A stretch of 64,000 nt of DNA from Patellaria atrata CBS 101060 (Eukaryota), in contig MU006104.1 in assembly GCA_010093705.1 (NCBI GenBank), positions 372,001-436,000 of the forward strand, written 5' to 3'. The position numbers and the translations under genes are program-made. The stretch's first letter is position 1. Each line of letters opens with the position of its first letter. The notes beneath the pieces were generated by a model. That model was not told where the DNA came from, ran no database searches, and saw only the letters and a list, made by a program, of their open reading frames with translations. Below are positions 48,179 through 62,378 of the stretch, piece by piece.

Positions 48179-51100
48179 ATGCCCGCGGACGATGCCCCTA
48201 AATCTTCCGCATCGCCTCGCCCCAAGAATGAGAAGAATGAACCCAGTGCAGAGGGTTATGAAAAGCCCAAGATTGATGATGCTGTCTCCTCAAAGGTCGA
48301 GATCGACGAGTTCGGTCTGCCCATAAGAAAAACGAGGAAACCTATATACTTAGATTCGGAAAGCGAAGATGAGAAGGAAGAGAAGTTTCAAGATCCAGAA
48401 GAGAAGCAAAAGCCACCGCTTACCGAAAACAACGTGTATTGTAAAACAAAACTGGTCATAGCACATAATGAGGATAAAGCAAGGGATGAGCAACCGAAGG
48501 TCAAGGACGACAAAGCAGCCGTTGACACCAAATCCCCACCTTGGGATATCCACACCTCCGCCGTTGAGGGAACAGCTGTTGAGGCCGCCGAGCCTTCGAA
48601 AGACTATAAAGAAGAGCATCCCGATTCACGTATGCCAGTTGTAGCTGCGGATGGCACGGATGGGCGTAACGCTCCTGTCGTTTCCGAGTGGTCTCACCAG
48701 CAAGTCGCGCCGAGAACCAGCAAGGACAAGGGCAATGATGAAGACGACGATGATGGATGGCAGGAAATGCCGGCCTATGCTCCTTTCGACATCTACAATG
48801 ACGATAATAAGCTCATCGCTCGGGAAGTGGTTGAGTCGGATGAGGAGGAGGCGACATATGGAGGCCTCGGAGGTGCGGGGAAGGGCTACACAAGAGTTCA
48901 GGTTGACGAAGATGCACAGTCGGCTACAAGTATGGATGATAATACGGCATATCTGTTTAAAGGTGCAGGTAAATCTACAGACATCGGACTGGACGACGAT
49001 GAGGCTGCCAGGGATCCGCTATCGCAGATGCAGGCGACTAAAGACCTTCTTACCGAAGGACAGCGTATAGCATACGTGGGCATTGCAAGACTAGCCATGG
49101 TTCAAATGCTTAAGGATCAGGAGAGCATAGAGAGGACAAGGGGCGCAAAGAAGCCTTTGGATCTTTCGATCGAAGCGATGAAGATGTGGAGTCAAAAGAT
49201 GATGATTCGACTATATGGCCATATGGACATCAGTTCAGCAGAGCAAATTATGATCGAGCAATTGGCGGAGCACGGTGTCATTCCTGCAGATCTGACACCG
49301 ACGCTGATGCAAAATGCCAGAGTCGAGAATCCCGTTGCAGATACAAAAGCGTCTAACCGAAATTCGATATCATCAAAATTAGAAACATCGACTGAAAGGT
49401 CTCGAAGTAGGTCAGGAACACCTGCCCAGGACGAAAGGAGTGCTAGTCCACCGCCGGCTTATGTAGAGCATGAAGGGGAGGATATGCCCGAAGTTAGGAC
49501 TTTCGAACAACTTCCTGACACGAAGAAAATCGATATCGACCTAAGGTGGACTGTGCTATGTGATCTTTTCCTCGTGTTGATTGCAGATTCGGTCTATGAT
49601 TCTAGATCAAGACAGTTATTAGAAAGAGTCGGCAAATCATTAGGGGTAGAGTGGGTTGAGATATGCAGATTTGAGAAGCGAGTTACCGATGCACTGGAAA
49701 TGCAAGAGGCCTCCAGCCAGGAGAACTGGAATGAGGAAGACCACATGGAGAGCAGAAAGAAAGCAGCGCGCAACCGACGACTGATGATGATGGGGTTGGC
49801 TACTGTGGGTGGAAGTCTCGTCATCGGATTATCTGCCGGCCTTCTAGCACCAGTTATTGGAGCAGGGCTCGCAGCGGGCTTTACGACCATTGGTGTTACC
49901 GGAACTGCTGGTTTCCTTGCCGGAGCGGGAGGCACAGCGATGATTGCTACTACAGGTGTCTTGACTGGCGGGACAGTTGCCGTACGAGCTACGAGTAGGA
50001 GAATGGGTGCAGTTAAAACGTTTGAGTACCGACCGCTTCATAACAACAAAAGGGTGAACCTCATTGTAACGATATCTGGGTGGATGAATGGTAAAATCGA
50101 CGACGTTCGATTACCATTTAGCACTGTGGATCCTTTGATGGGTGATATCTACTCAGTCTTGTGGGAGCCGGAGATGTTGCAGAGTATGGGTGACACTATG
50201 AATATTCTAGCTACCGAGGTATGCATACTATCTAACAGCTAGGATTTACGCCACTAACTGCTCCAAGGCGTTAACACAGGGATTACAACAAATTCTCGGG
50301 AGTACCTTTCTCACTGTCTTGATGGCAGGGCTACAGCTCCCCCTCATCCTTACCAAGCTTTCATATCTTATTGATAACCCATGGGCCGTATCTCAGGCTA
50401 GAGCGGACGCGGCAGGTTTGATTCTCGCTGACTCCCTCGTGGCTCGGAATCTTGGTGTGCGGCCTGTGACTCTCGTAGGCTTCTCACTTGGCGCGCGTGT
50501 CATCTATTCCTGTTTGATCGAGCTCGCAAAAAAAGGTGCATTTGGTCTTATACAGAATGTTTACCTCTTCGGTTCACCAGTCGTGGCGAAGAAAGATGAG
50601 TATCTCAAGGCGAAGTCGGTTGTTCCAGGGCGGTTCGTGAACGGTTATGCAACGAATGACTGGATTTTGGGTAGGTTGAACTATAGTGGCCCGATAAACA
50701 TTACTGATATTTTACCAGGTTACCTATTCCGTGCAACAAGCGGCGGCATAATGCGCGTCGCTGGCCTCGCCCCCGTCGAAGTACCCGGCATCGAGAACTA
50801 CAATGTCACCGACTTCGTGCCTGGCCACATGGCGTACCGCCCCTCAATGCCACGCCTCCTCCGTGAAGTCGGCTGGCTCGTCGAGTCGGACGAGTTTACC
50901 GAGATCGAAGACCCCGACCCAGAGAACCACCAGAAGCGCCAGCGCGAGCTGATTAATGAGATCGAAGAAGCGCGCAAGAAGCTCGAGGAGAAGCCCGAGA
51001 AGAAGCGCTTTGGCGGCCTCTTTAAGAGCAAAAAACAGCGCGCCGAGAAGAAAGATTGGGAGATGTATGATGAGAGTTTCAAAGCCGGGCCGGACGAGAA

Positions 51101-51674
51101 TAACCCTCAAAAGAATGGGACTGGAGGTGATGCGGTACTGTTCGACGTCGACGCTATCAGAGCCGAGGCTGCGGCGCTTGCGGTCGAGGGGATTGAGATT
51201 AAGCAGTTGGAGTCAACGTTGCCACCCATGAAGCTGGATTTGAGCAGGCATGCAACTACGGATAGTAGTGGGAACGGGGTTAGTCTTCATGGCACGCTTC
51301 GCGCCTCAAAAAGCTTCAATGACAGACTTGACTCCATTCCTTCCAACAGCAACACCAACAGAAGCACAAGCTCTTCTGTTCTTGCGCCCGCGCCAAATGG
51401 CCACCACAAGTCTCCGGCTACCGCTAAACCTGTTTATGATTATAACGAGTACGACGAGTTCGCGCCGAAAGATGATGGTGAGATTGCTATGACTTTTGAG
51501 ACGGGCCCAAAGTCTATAGCAGCACCGGTGGAAAACCAGTACCAAGCATGGGATGCGAGACCGCCGTTGAAATCAAGTAATACGACACCGGCGAATCTGG
51601 ATCCAGGGCATAATGCATGGGCGGATGAAGAAGATGATTGGACGAGGGAAAGGGAGGTGAAGATGTCATTTTGA
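48179..51674 (+). CDS. DUF726 family membrane protein (TMCO4/yeast Mil1-like)
   Basis: Exons 48179-50218, 50268-50670 and 50719-51674. DIDLRWTVLCDLFL...YDSRSR, a Gly-rich TM region, LIDNPW, RPVTLVGFSLGAR and DWILGYLFR. Confidence 0.9.
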
Positions 51675-52462
51675 GGGAATGAGAACCTGCCGAGAGGCAT
51701 GAAGGAGTGACGAGTGGGTGTAGATATTGAGTCCTGTCAAGAGTGGATACGAAACTTTTGATTTTAGGGACTAGAGGTATTCTGTTCATTGTTCTGAGAG
51801 CGTTGTGCATAGCGTGGCGTGGCGCTTCTGCGTTTGGGCTTATACATATCATTCTTTTATATTCTTGAAGGGGTTATTGATTCTATGAATTGTGGAGAAG
51901 CGACACCGGTTACTCTCTGGTACGTTCCTGAACGAATCGATAATCTAATTATATGCCCAAGTCTCGAGGAGTATTTATATACCTTGGTGAATTTGTACAA
52001 GATCCCTTCCCTTGCCAGACACTCCTAAGTTACTATGCCATACGCTTACTCTAAAAATGTTTCCCAACTCTGCTGCACAGGCTGGATCAGACTGTATGTA
52101 CTGTACAGTACGATAGACTGCTAACTATACAATGCCAATACCGTACACAATACCTAGTAGCTTTCGAGATATCAGCATGAGTGTGGACCGAGCAGGGTAT
52201 AGCAGGTGTACAGCAATAGAGGAAATAGGGGTATCGAATGCGGAGCACAGGACGGAGTCAAAGCTACGTACGTATGTGGCCTGCTTACAGTAGCTGAGTG
52301 CTTAGCTGACGCTTGTCCCGATGCGTTTCCGCAAAGCTGCGAGTGAAAGAAGAAGCTCCATACTGAAACTACAAACGACCTTATTTCGACGCCTCCTACC
52401 TCACCTATTCTTTGAATTCACAAGATGATTGCGCAGCTACATCTCCCGTATCGCCCTCTACG

Positions 52463-54517
52463 ATGAATGTTTACCATGGGCCGCCCCGGTCTTCGCGGAA
52501 TCACTACCGTGACCCCCCCAATATAGTCGATCAGTTTTTGGAAAGTATTTCAGAAACCGCCGAGTCTGTACGCACCCAGGGAATATATTCACACTCACGC
52601 AATATTGTTAGGAAGACACTCAATAATTGGTCTTTCCGCAATTTCATCTCCTTACCCTTCTTTCTTATTCTGCTTTGGATATGGGCGTTACGCCGCGGCG
52701 AACGCTCCGTTTTCTGGAATAGCATATCAGAATGTGCGTGGGACACATGGGAGCAATGGGTGAGATTTTAACAGAACCGACACTATATGTGAAAGCGTTT
52801 TCTAAAGTTTTGTTAGCCTACGGATGCTCTCCCACACCATCTCGTTTTCGTCGCCGATCCCCAATTAGTAGACCCTCACACATATCCGGGCCGGCCATGG
52901 CCACTTTCTTTCCTTACCGTTTCCTACACTGATCAGTACATGCGCCGAGTATATTCACGTTTACAACAGGAACTTCGTCCGGACAGTACAGTCTTTCTAG
53001 GAGATCTTTTTGACGGCGGACGAGAATGGTCTACACCAACCAGTGAGTCTCCGGAGGCTCGTTATAAAAAGTACGGCGAAAAGCTATGGCATAAGGAGTA
53101 TCAACGTTTTTCGGATATATTTTTCAAGCATTTCAACGATGGGGGTACAGCGCCAAATCCAGGCCAACCCGCTCGTAGACTTTTAGCTTCCATTCCCGGG
53201 AATCATGATTTGGGCTTTGCTGCTGGAGTACAAAAAGGCGTCAGGAATAGGTTCAACGCATATTTTGGCGAAGGGAATCGGGTGGATGTTATTGGGAATC
53301 ACACTTTCGTCTCCTTAGATTCAGTATCTCTGAGCGCCTTGGCTGTCGATGAGAACGCGCTGCAAGATATATACCGACCAGCAGTTGACTATTTGGATAA
53401 AGTGAAGACATTGAAGTCGCGGGCTGTTTCGAGGGAATTGCGAATGCAGAATGGCCATCAAACACATACACTATTTAAGCATGCGGTTATCGACACGCCA
53501 AAACTGGCGCAGGATAAGGTTTATGTTCTGAAGGACTTGGACGTAGAACTCCCAACTGTGCTACTAAGCCATGTACCGTTATACCGTCCCAAAGGGACTC
53601 CTTGTGGACCTTTGAGGGAGCGTTGGCCGCCTAGCCCGCTACCAAAAGGTCAGAGGGAACCACTTGCAGAAGATGAACGGAATGCCATTGCTATCGCGGC
53701 TGGTTACCAGTACCAAAATGTCTTGACCAGAGACATATCGAAGATGATTACAGAGAAAGTCGGGAATATCTACTACGCTTTCTCCGGAGACGATCACGAC
53801 TACTGTGAGGTCGTACACAGAGGGTACCAATCCTCAGGCGGCGGGATTCGCGAAATTACCGTCAAGTCACTTTCATGGGCCATGGGCGTCCGCAAACCCG
53901 GCTTTCTGATGGTCAGCCTCTGGAACCCGATCGACGGTCATGGCCGTCCCCTACAAAACGCCGATGGATCGAAAGATCCGACGCTACAAACCCACCTCTG
54001 CCTCCTGCCCGACCAACTCTCCACATTCATCCATTACGGTTTTATTCTGGGCATCACCCTTACTCTGCTTGTTCTACGTGCCGCTCTACTGACTCTACGT
54101 GGTCCCTCTCAAGGAGCCAATGACTACAACCCTCTACTTCCTCTTTCCTCTGCCGAGCATGAGAAAGCCAATGACTCTCATAAGATGAACTCCTACATGC
54201 CGTCAGAGGGGTCCTCCTCCAATTCTTCACCTTCGGACAACGGCAATCTCGCTGCGCGAATGTATCATGCTCGAATAAGGGAGGTGAGCCCCGGTGGCTA
54301 TGGCTTACCAGGAGCGTCTCAGCAAAGTCTCCCGTTAATGGCGTATGCGAGGAGCGGAGAGTCGCATAATACAGAGTGGCAGGAGGAATTGGAGGTAAGA
54401 AAAAATCCTAGGACAGTCAAGGGTTCAAGGCTCTTCGTAGATGAAATGAAGAAGAGTGTTACACTCGTAGCTGGGGTGGTTTTGGTATACTACTTCTGGC
54501 TTATATGGAGGTGGTAG
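52463..54517 (+). CDS. CDC1: Metallophosphoesterase Cdc1 (GPI-anchor remodelling)
   Basis: Exons 52463-52759 and 52817-54517. Motifs VADPQLVDPHTY, FLGDLFDGGR, PGNHDLG, LLSHVPLYR, GYQYQN and FSGDDHDYC. N- and C-terminal TM segments. Confidence 0.9.
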
Positions 54518-55150
54518 GAGCGTTGGTTGGTAATAGATATCTGACCGCGTGAACTGGTAGATGAAGGAAGACTTGTAAATAAGGGATTATACCCTAGATG
54601 GCTTCAGGCCCAACTACTGAATGAGTATATTCTATAAAATTTACCAAGTCTGGTGAAAGGCTCTTCAATCTCTTCCCCTTTTCAAGGCATTCCTCACCTA
54701 CTATACACTACTTTATAAAGATGTATCTGTCTGTGCAGTACAGGAAAAATCAAATAAGCTGTGCATTCCCGGTTGTACAAACAACCTATCGATGCTGATG
54801 TAGGTGGTGAACACCCACCTCTCAAGGGGCCGCTGGCCATGTTCTACAGGAGAGCCAAGGATGTGCGAAGGGTTTCTAACCATACATAGGCCCTAGCTAT
54901 ACCAATAAAAGAAATCTTCTGATACTGAACGCTGAACGCTCTCCAACAGTAGTTTCAGAAGCGTACAGAGACCGGGGAATGCCAATTTCACAAGGTAGAG
55001 GGTAATATCATCTAAGTCGTCGATGTATCAAAGCTCGAATCTCGTGAAAACAAAAGGGTATCACCAGCTCGAGAATTCTTCTGTTCGACCATATACCCCA
55101 ACCCCACTATCCACCATCTTACCTGATCATCCTCCCATCACCTTGGCCAT

Positions 55151-56077
55151 TCACCCCACAACCTCCGCCCCTAGAAACTCCTCGCTCCCTACTACAAACC
55201 CCAAATTCCGCTCGACCTGATACTCTGCCAGCGCGCCCGCATTCCCTTCCGTCATCGTCCCGCAACAATCCCTCAGCAACACGCAATCCCAGCCCCAATT
55301 ACACGCGTCCGTCAGCGTGCCCAGGACGCACTGATCCGTATTCACGCCCGCGAACAAGAGCGTTTTGGCACCGCTGGAGCGGAGGTACTGGTGGAGAAGC
55401 TCCGACTCCCGCCATAACCCGCTCATGCGGGCTTTGTGGAAGATCTGGTCGGATGGATCTACGTAAGGCCGGAGGGGAGAATAGATATCCGCGTTCCACG
55501 TGCCCTTGAACAGCGTTCTACCCTGGTTTGAAGGTAGCGGGGCGCCCAATCCGAAGTGCCAGCCACAGCCGTCGTTCGCCGCTCTGGTTGGACAGAAACC
55601 TCGGGAGACTGCTGGGGGGAGGGAGGCCAAAGAGGCCTCATCGAGGCCCCAGTTCAGCCAGCATACGGGAATCTGGAGAGAGCGGCAACGGGGGATTATG
55701 CGGGTGAGCGGCTTGATGGTAGAAAGACCGGCCGGGTGAGAGTGGATTAGGGGAGAGAGGAAGAAGTTTTGCATGTCGATTATTATGAGGACTGTCCTGG
55801 AGGGGTCGATGATCAGGCCCCGATGGTGGAGGGAGCGAGGGGAGGGGATCGTAAGGGAGGAAGGCGGAGAGGGAGAGAGACGACGTCGTGTGAGGTCGAA
55901 GAGCTGGGCCGTGGTATCGTAGAGCCATTGGTTTGTTTCAGAACCTCCGAAAAGGATAGAGGAGATAGAAACGGTAGGTGGGGGTGAGAGTGGAGGTGAC
56001 GGTAAGAAAGGATCTGCAAGGGGTTTTGAGGGGACGGGCTCGGTATTGTGGACGTGTTCTATCGCGGAAGGAGCCAT
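55151..56077 (-). CDS. Isochorismatase-family cysteine hydrolase
   Basis: Single-exon 308 aa. IIDMQNFF, K in HKARMSG and AGVNTDQCV (D-K-C triad). Confidence 0.9.
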   Translation of the reverse strand: MAPSAIEHVHNTEPVPSKPLADPFLPSPPLSPPPTVSISSILFGGSETNQWLYDTTAQLFDLTRRRLSPSPPSSLTIPSPRSLHHRGLIIDPSRTVLIIIDMQNFFLSPLIHSHPAGLSTIKPLTRIIPRCRSLQIPVCWLNWGLDEASLASLPPAVSRGFCPTRAANDGCGWHFGLGAPLPSNQGRTLFKGTWNADIYSPLRPYVDPSDQIFHKARMSGLWRESELLHQYLRSSGAKTLLFAGVNTDQCVLGTLTDACNWGWDCVLLRDCCGTMTEGNAGALAEYQVERNLGFVVGSEEFLGAEVVG

Positions 56078-56883
56078 AAAGTATATTGATTATACAGTAC
56101 CGTACCTTAAGGAGGAATCGAGTATGAACAAAATAGGCAGGAAAGTGCTGAAGTAGATGAGAGATTCGAGCGGGAAACAGCAGACTAAAAGTAAACAAAG
56201 AGAAATATTGGTAAATGGTTACTCTAACTGACACCGCAAGAACGCTCGGGATTACAAGGAGATATTTGCTTGGGATGCCAGATTAAAAAGGAAGAAGTAG
56301 CTAAACTACTTATAGAGCTCCTGTCTAGACCTACGAGTATCTACCGTGCCGAGTTGATAACGGCTTTGGAGACACGATAGGGCACCGCTAGGAGTTTATA
56401 TACATTATGTTGGTCATTATAATTCCTACTCATGTGGATAGAGATGCCGCGGTCGAGGCTATCAGGATAGAGGACGGACTAATCCGTAGTTGTACTTCTT
56501 ATCTATTATTATAAGCGAGTGAGTTTAGATGAAGTGAGGTGCGGTTATTTTGCCAAGAGTAGAGATGGCTCTAAAAAGTTGAGGTTGTGGTTGTTAGGGA
56601 ACCCTTGAAGCTAGCTTGCTCGGGAGCAGCAAGTTTTGGACTTCATCGTCACCAATCCTTGGATCCATAGACAACTGATCAAATCATTTACCATCAGCAT
56701 CGCGTGTCATTTCTCCTTTGATATTTATCAGATTCCATCCAGTATTCTCCTCCCCCTACAGTCCATCTGTATACCTCTTACTATTACGTCGTTTTCCCTC
56801 AAAACCCCGCTGGACTTGTTTATCCGAGGAAGCGTTGAAGACTCGTCAAACCTTGGACTAGCTGCAGCGCAGCAACGTCTACT

Positions 56884-59495
56884 ATGGCTGCGCTGGGAGA
56901 TGACCTGCTCAGTATTGTAAACAAGCTGCAGGACTTGGTCTTTAATACTATCGGAAATGACTCCCTGGACCTCCCTCAAATCGTATGCCCCAGTACCATA
57001 GATATTTTGCCAGGAACCAACTAACCATAAAATAACAGGTTGTTGTTGGATCACAATCATCTGGTAAATCATCAGTGCTAGAGAATATTGTCGGGAGAGA
57101 TTTCTTGCCCCGTGGAAGTGGCATAGTGACAAGGAGACCTTTGATCCTTCAACTCATCAACGTACCTAGCGAAAGAGATGACAAAGCCGAGGGCGATGAA
57201 GTCCATATACCCCATACTCCGGCAAGTGTCGCTGGCCAACAAGAATGGGCCGAGTTTCATCACATTCCCGGGCGCAAATTCTACGATTTCCAGGAGGTGA
57301 AACGGGAAATAGAGAATGAGACGGCTCGTATAGCAGGGAACAACAAAGGCATCAACCGTCAACCGATCAATCTTAAAATCTTCTCACCGCACGTGTTGAA
57401 CCTTACATTGGTTGACTTACCTGGTCTCACAAAAGTCTGAAATATATACCTATTTATGGCTCTATTTTTGCTAATATACGTCCGTAGGTCCCTATCGGAG
57501 ATCAACCAACCGATATCGAGAAACAGACAAGGACCCTCATTACCGAATATATTGCCAAACCGAACAGTATAATCTTGGCAGTATCTCCTGCTAACGTTGA
57601 TCTTGTTAATTCCGAAGCCTTAAAACTCGCTCGACATGTTGATCCCATGGGCCGCAGAACCATCGGTGTGCTCACAAAATTGGATCTTATGGATCACGGA
57701 ACCAATGCTCTGGATATTCTGTCTGGTCGCGTATACCCGCTGAAACTTGGCTTTATCGGTGTAGTCAACAGATCTCAACAAGATATTCAAAGCAGCAAGT
57801 CATTAGCGGATGCACTTCAATCTGAGAGGGATTTCTTTCGACATCATCCAGCATATCGAAATATGGCGAATCGCTGTGGAACCCAATTTCTAGCGAAAAG
57901 TTTGAATACCACACTCATGGGACACATCCGAGAACGATTACCGGACATCAAAGCCAGACTGAATACCCTCATGGGCCAGACTCAACAGGAACTAGCAAGT
58001 TACGGGGATGTGAAATTCACCGGAAAGGAGCATCGTGGATCCTTGATCCTCCAACTCATGACTCGATTTGCCTCATCTTTTATCTCTTCCATTGACGGTA
58101 CTTCCTCCGAAATCTCAACCAAGGAGCTATGTGGTGGTGCAAGAATATATTATATCTTTAATTCTGTATTTGGAAACTCCCTCGAGACGATAGACCCTAC
58201 TTATAACCTCTCCGTTATGGATATCCGAACAGCCATTCGGAATTCCACCGGCCCAAGACCCAGTTTATTCGTCCCTGAGCTAGCATTTGATCTGCTGGTG
58301 AAACCACAGATCAAACTTCTCGAAATTCCTAGTCAACGATGCGTAGAGCTAGTCTATGAAGAGCTCATCAAAATCTGCCATACTTGTGGATCAACAGAGC
58401 TAAGCCGGTATCCGCGGTTGCAAGGCAAGCTGATTGAAGTTGTCTCCGATCTACTTAGAGAGCGCCTCGGTCCATGCTCCACTTACGTCGAATCCCTCAT
58501 TTCTATCCAAAGAGCATATATCAACACGAATCACCCTAATTTCCTCGGTGCTGCAGCAGCAATGTCATCCGTGATAAACGATAAGCAGGAGAAAGAGAGA
58601 AAAGCGGTCGCATTAGAAGAGCGTAGGAAGAGGGAAAGACGGCGAATGAAAGAACTAAACGGTCTAAATGGCACCGAGACTCCAGAGGACGAGGAGATCG
58701 AAGTACCGGGCCAGCACGCCGGTACGCTCTCTGTTCGGGGACACGCGGCCAAGGCAAGTAGAAGTATGTCACCAGCCGTTGGAAGAGCCGGATTGAATGG
58801 CGCACATGGCATTGCAAGTGCTCTGAATGGTCCACGAGCAGGTTCTCCAACAAGATTCAGTGGTCAAGGTGCCGGCTCCACCCGTGATACGTTCCTAAAC
58901 TATTTCTTCGGAAAGGATGGTGGTATGCCTTCAGGAGGTGCTGGAGTCGCACCCACACCTGGTTCCCACCTTACAGAAAGACCGGGAAGTAGACATGTGA
59001 GCAATCATGCCGAGCCAAGCTTCGCCGGCAGTCTGCGGAGGGGTGATACAAAACCAGTTGAGCGGCATCTACCTGCACCCGAACCTCCTGTTGAAGACGA
59101 TTACGGAGCTACGGATTCTCCTTTTGTGAGTCTATGTCTTACTTGAAGTTTACACTGCGTATGTACTAACGATCATGAAGGGCTTGCAGGATGATACGCC
59201 AGCACTAACAGAACGGGAAGCTCTTGAAACAGAACTTATCAGACGTCTAATATCGTCATACTTCAACATTGTCCGGGAGTCAATAGCGGACCAAGTCCCA
59301 AAAGCTGTAATGCACCTACTGGTGAACCACTCTAAGGACGTTGTACAAAACCGGTTAGTCACGGAGCTATACAAGGAAGAACTTTTCCAAGATCTTTTGT
59401 ATGAAGACGACGCGATCAAAGCCGAACGCGAGAAGTGTGAGAAGCTTCTCACGACGTACAAGGAGGCGGCGAAAATCATCGGTGAGGTATTGTAA
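56884..59495 (+). CDS. DNM1: Dynamin-related GTPase Dnm1 (mitochondrial/peroxisomal fission)
   Basis: Exons 56884-56982, 57039-57434, 57488-59125 and 59181-59495. Motifs [24 protein letters not shown] and GED domain. Confidence 0.95.
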
Positions 59496-60275
59496 GCTTA
59501 AAAAGGACGTTTACCATTAGCTTAGAGTGTATTGTATATTTTTCTTACTCCACTTGGTCTGGGTCCCGGGGAAATTCGGAGTACAATATCAAACCCCTGA
59601 ATCGGCATTTCTACTCTTACTACCTTTTCTGCCCTCTCTGTTTCCTGTGAGGGACAGGCGGAGTATTCTTCGAGGTCATGTGTATAAGTATATCTCTGTT
59701 TGTGTATTGTACAATACAGTGCGATACGTTAGGAATTGTTAGAACAATTCACAACTCAAATTTGAGTATTGGATTTATTTGTACACAGTCCGTATAGGGA
59801 GAAGTATTGTACATTGTTAGGTGAATATAGAAATAGTTGCCGAATTTGCGGCTTAAATAGGTTCTGTCCGGGGGGTCTCGGCAAACCATGTGGTTGGCCG
59901 CTTATTAGCTTCAGTTCTGACGACCTGGCCTTTACTGCTCCGATATTTTGAATCACAGTTGATGTATTATTTGTGTGTACCCGATTTCTTTGTTTCCCAT
60001 GTGCTATATTCTTGTCACATTGTTCCTATGACTCCACTCGACCTTTGACAGAATCCGTGTTCCAAGGCTCACCCCGAGTCTGAAAGAAGAACCAATCTGT
60101 CTCCTTGAAGCTGCAACCAGCTAGCTCATCGCATCGCCAGCTACCGTATTCACAACCCTCATTGAGGTCCGCAATTGCTGTCAGGATCACATGTACGCTC
60201 ATATATACACCTAATATACCCCATTCTAACTCTCCTCAGCCCATACGCTAGCATTCCCCCCGTAATCCACCCACC

Positions 60276-61676
60276 ATGCCCCCGAAATCCCGCTTCACGC
60301 GCCTGGACGCCTTCACCAAGACGGTCGAAGACGCCCGCGTGCGCACGACCTCCGGCGGCATCGTGACCATCGTCTCGCTCGTGACGATTCTCTACCTCGT
60401 GTGGAGCGAGTGGGCGGACTACCGGCGCGTCGTCGTGCGGCCCGAGCTGGTCGTCGACAAAGGCCGTGCGGAGAAGATGCAGATACACATGAACATCAGT
60501 TTTCCGCGAGTACCGTGCGAGCTGCTGACGCTGGATGTGATGGACGTGTCCGGGGAGATCCAGGCGGGGGTTGCGCACGGCGTGCAGAAGGTGCGGTTGA
60601 GAGCCCCGGAGGAAGGTGGGGGCGCTATCGAGAGTAAGGGGTTGAAGCTTCATGCGGAGGAGGCGACCCATTTGGATCCGAATTACTGCGGCGAGTGCTT
60701 TGGTGCGCCGGCGCCGCCGGACGCGAGGAAGCCTGGGTGCTGCAATACGTGCGATGAGGTCAGGGATGCGTATGCCTCTGTCAGTTGGAGTTTCGGCAGA
60801 GGTGAGGGCGTGGAGCAATGCCAGCGCGAACACTACGCTGAGCGGCTCGACGAGCAGCGGAAGGAGGGATGCCGCGTCGAAGGCGATATTCAGGTCAACA
60901 AGGTCATTGGTAACTTTCATTTCGCGCCGGGGAAGAGCTTCAGCTCCGGCAACATGCACGTTCACGACCTGGAGAACTATTTCAAGCAGGACGCTCCGCA
61001 CTCCTTCACGCACGAGATCCATCAGTTGCGCTTCGGGCCGCAGCTCCCAGAGAACATCATCGCGAGGCTCGGCGAGCGCGGCGTCGGCGGCGTCTGGACG
61101 AACCATCATATCAACCCGCTCGACGGGACCTCGCAGCATGTCATGGACAAGGCGTTCAATTTCATGTACTTCGTCAAGGTCGTCTCGACGGCCTACCTGC
61201 CGCTCGGCTGGGAGAAGCAAACGCCCAGCGTGGGGAGCCCGGACGCGTTGAAGTTCGGGAAGGACAAACCAGAGCTCGCGTGGGGCAGCAGCATAGAGAC
61301 GCATCAGTACTCCGTCACGAGCCACAAGAGGAGTTTGAGGGGTGGGAGCGATGAGAGCGAGGGGCATAAGGAGAGGTTGCATGCTAGGGGGGGTATTCCG
61401 GGTGTTTTCTTTTCTTATGTTAGTCTATTCCCCGTTTCCATCATAGTCCACCGCTGCTCGGCGTCATCCTTGCTTGATTAGGCCTATGCTAACCCCTTTC
61501 CCCTTCAGGATATCTCTCCAATGAAAGTCATCAACCGCGAAGCACGTCCGAAATCCTTCTCCGGCTTCCTCGTCGGCGTGTGTGCCGTCGTCGGCGGTAC
61601 CTTGACCGTCGCTGCCGCCGTCGATCGCGCGTGGTACGAGGGTGCACAGAAGGTGAAGAAGTTACATCAAGGGTAG
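60276..61676 (+). CDS. ERV46: ER-derived vesicle protein Erv46 (ERGIC3 family)
   Basis: Exons 60276-61418 and 61509-61676. Motifs LDAFTKT, YCGECFGA...CCNTC, EGCRVEG...GNFHFAPG and PGVFFSYDISPMKV. Confidence 0.95.
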
Positions 61677-62378
61677 AAAACTGCCGGGGGGAAGAATCGG
61701 CACGGTGGAATAGGGATATAGGAAAGAAGCGAACAGTGCAATATACCACGGGGAGCTCGGTAGCAAAGGTAGCCGTGTGATATATCTCCCTCCTATTTTT
61801 ATCTTATTATCGGGTCTCGCGGAGCGGGTTGCATCTGGGTCGGCGTTTTCACTGGGTTTCATGTAGATCTGACGATGGGGATGTAGTGTAGCGAAAAAAG
61901 AAAAAAAATAATCAAGAGATAAGTCCATGATACTCGCGTATGCATCCTGCCTTATTAGGTTGTCTCTCATGTTCGTTATAGTGGAGGACCACAACAGCCA
62001 ATAGAGGAAGGAACGTCACCATGGAGGAAAGAGCGAAGGTGAACGTGAGCTGGGAAAAAAGAACCCTGAATTGCTCCAATCTCATCATGTCTATCTATTC
62101 CACCTGAACGGTACCATATCTATCTCGAACATGATCCCAAGATGGAAAAGGAAAACGGTATGAGCAACACCCGACTCCCGCTAAAACCCAGAGAAAACCT
62201 CAAACGTGTATCTTCAGATGTTTCCATTTCCAAGCCCGACAAATGCTCCAAATCCATTCGTCATCGTGAAGTCGTGAGAACTACCTTAAGAGATTCTGCA
62301 CATATTCCGTCCCAAAGCAGAAGGTACGACACCACCGTGCTTGCTCAATCCACCAGGGCAAGCTGCGTTCTATAAACG

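Noticed and set aside
60159..61382. 407-aa antisense ORF over ERV46 (also antisense/alternative-frame ORFs over RFC2, LSM2, UTP23 and the DAL81-like gene)
   Set aside because: Expected by-product of high GC3 codon usage on the sense strand. No protein motifs.
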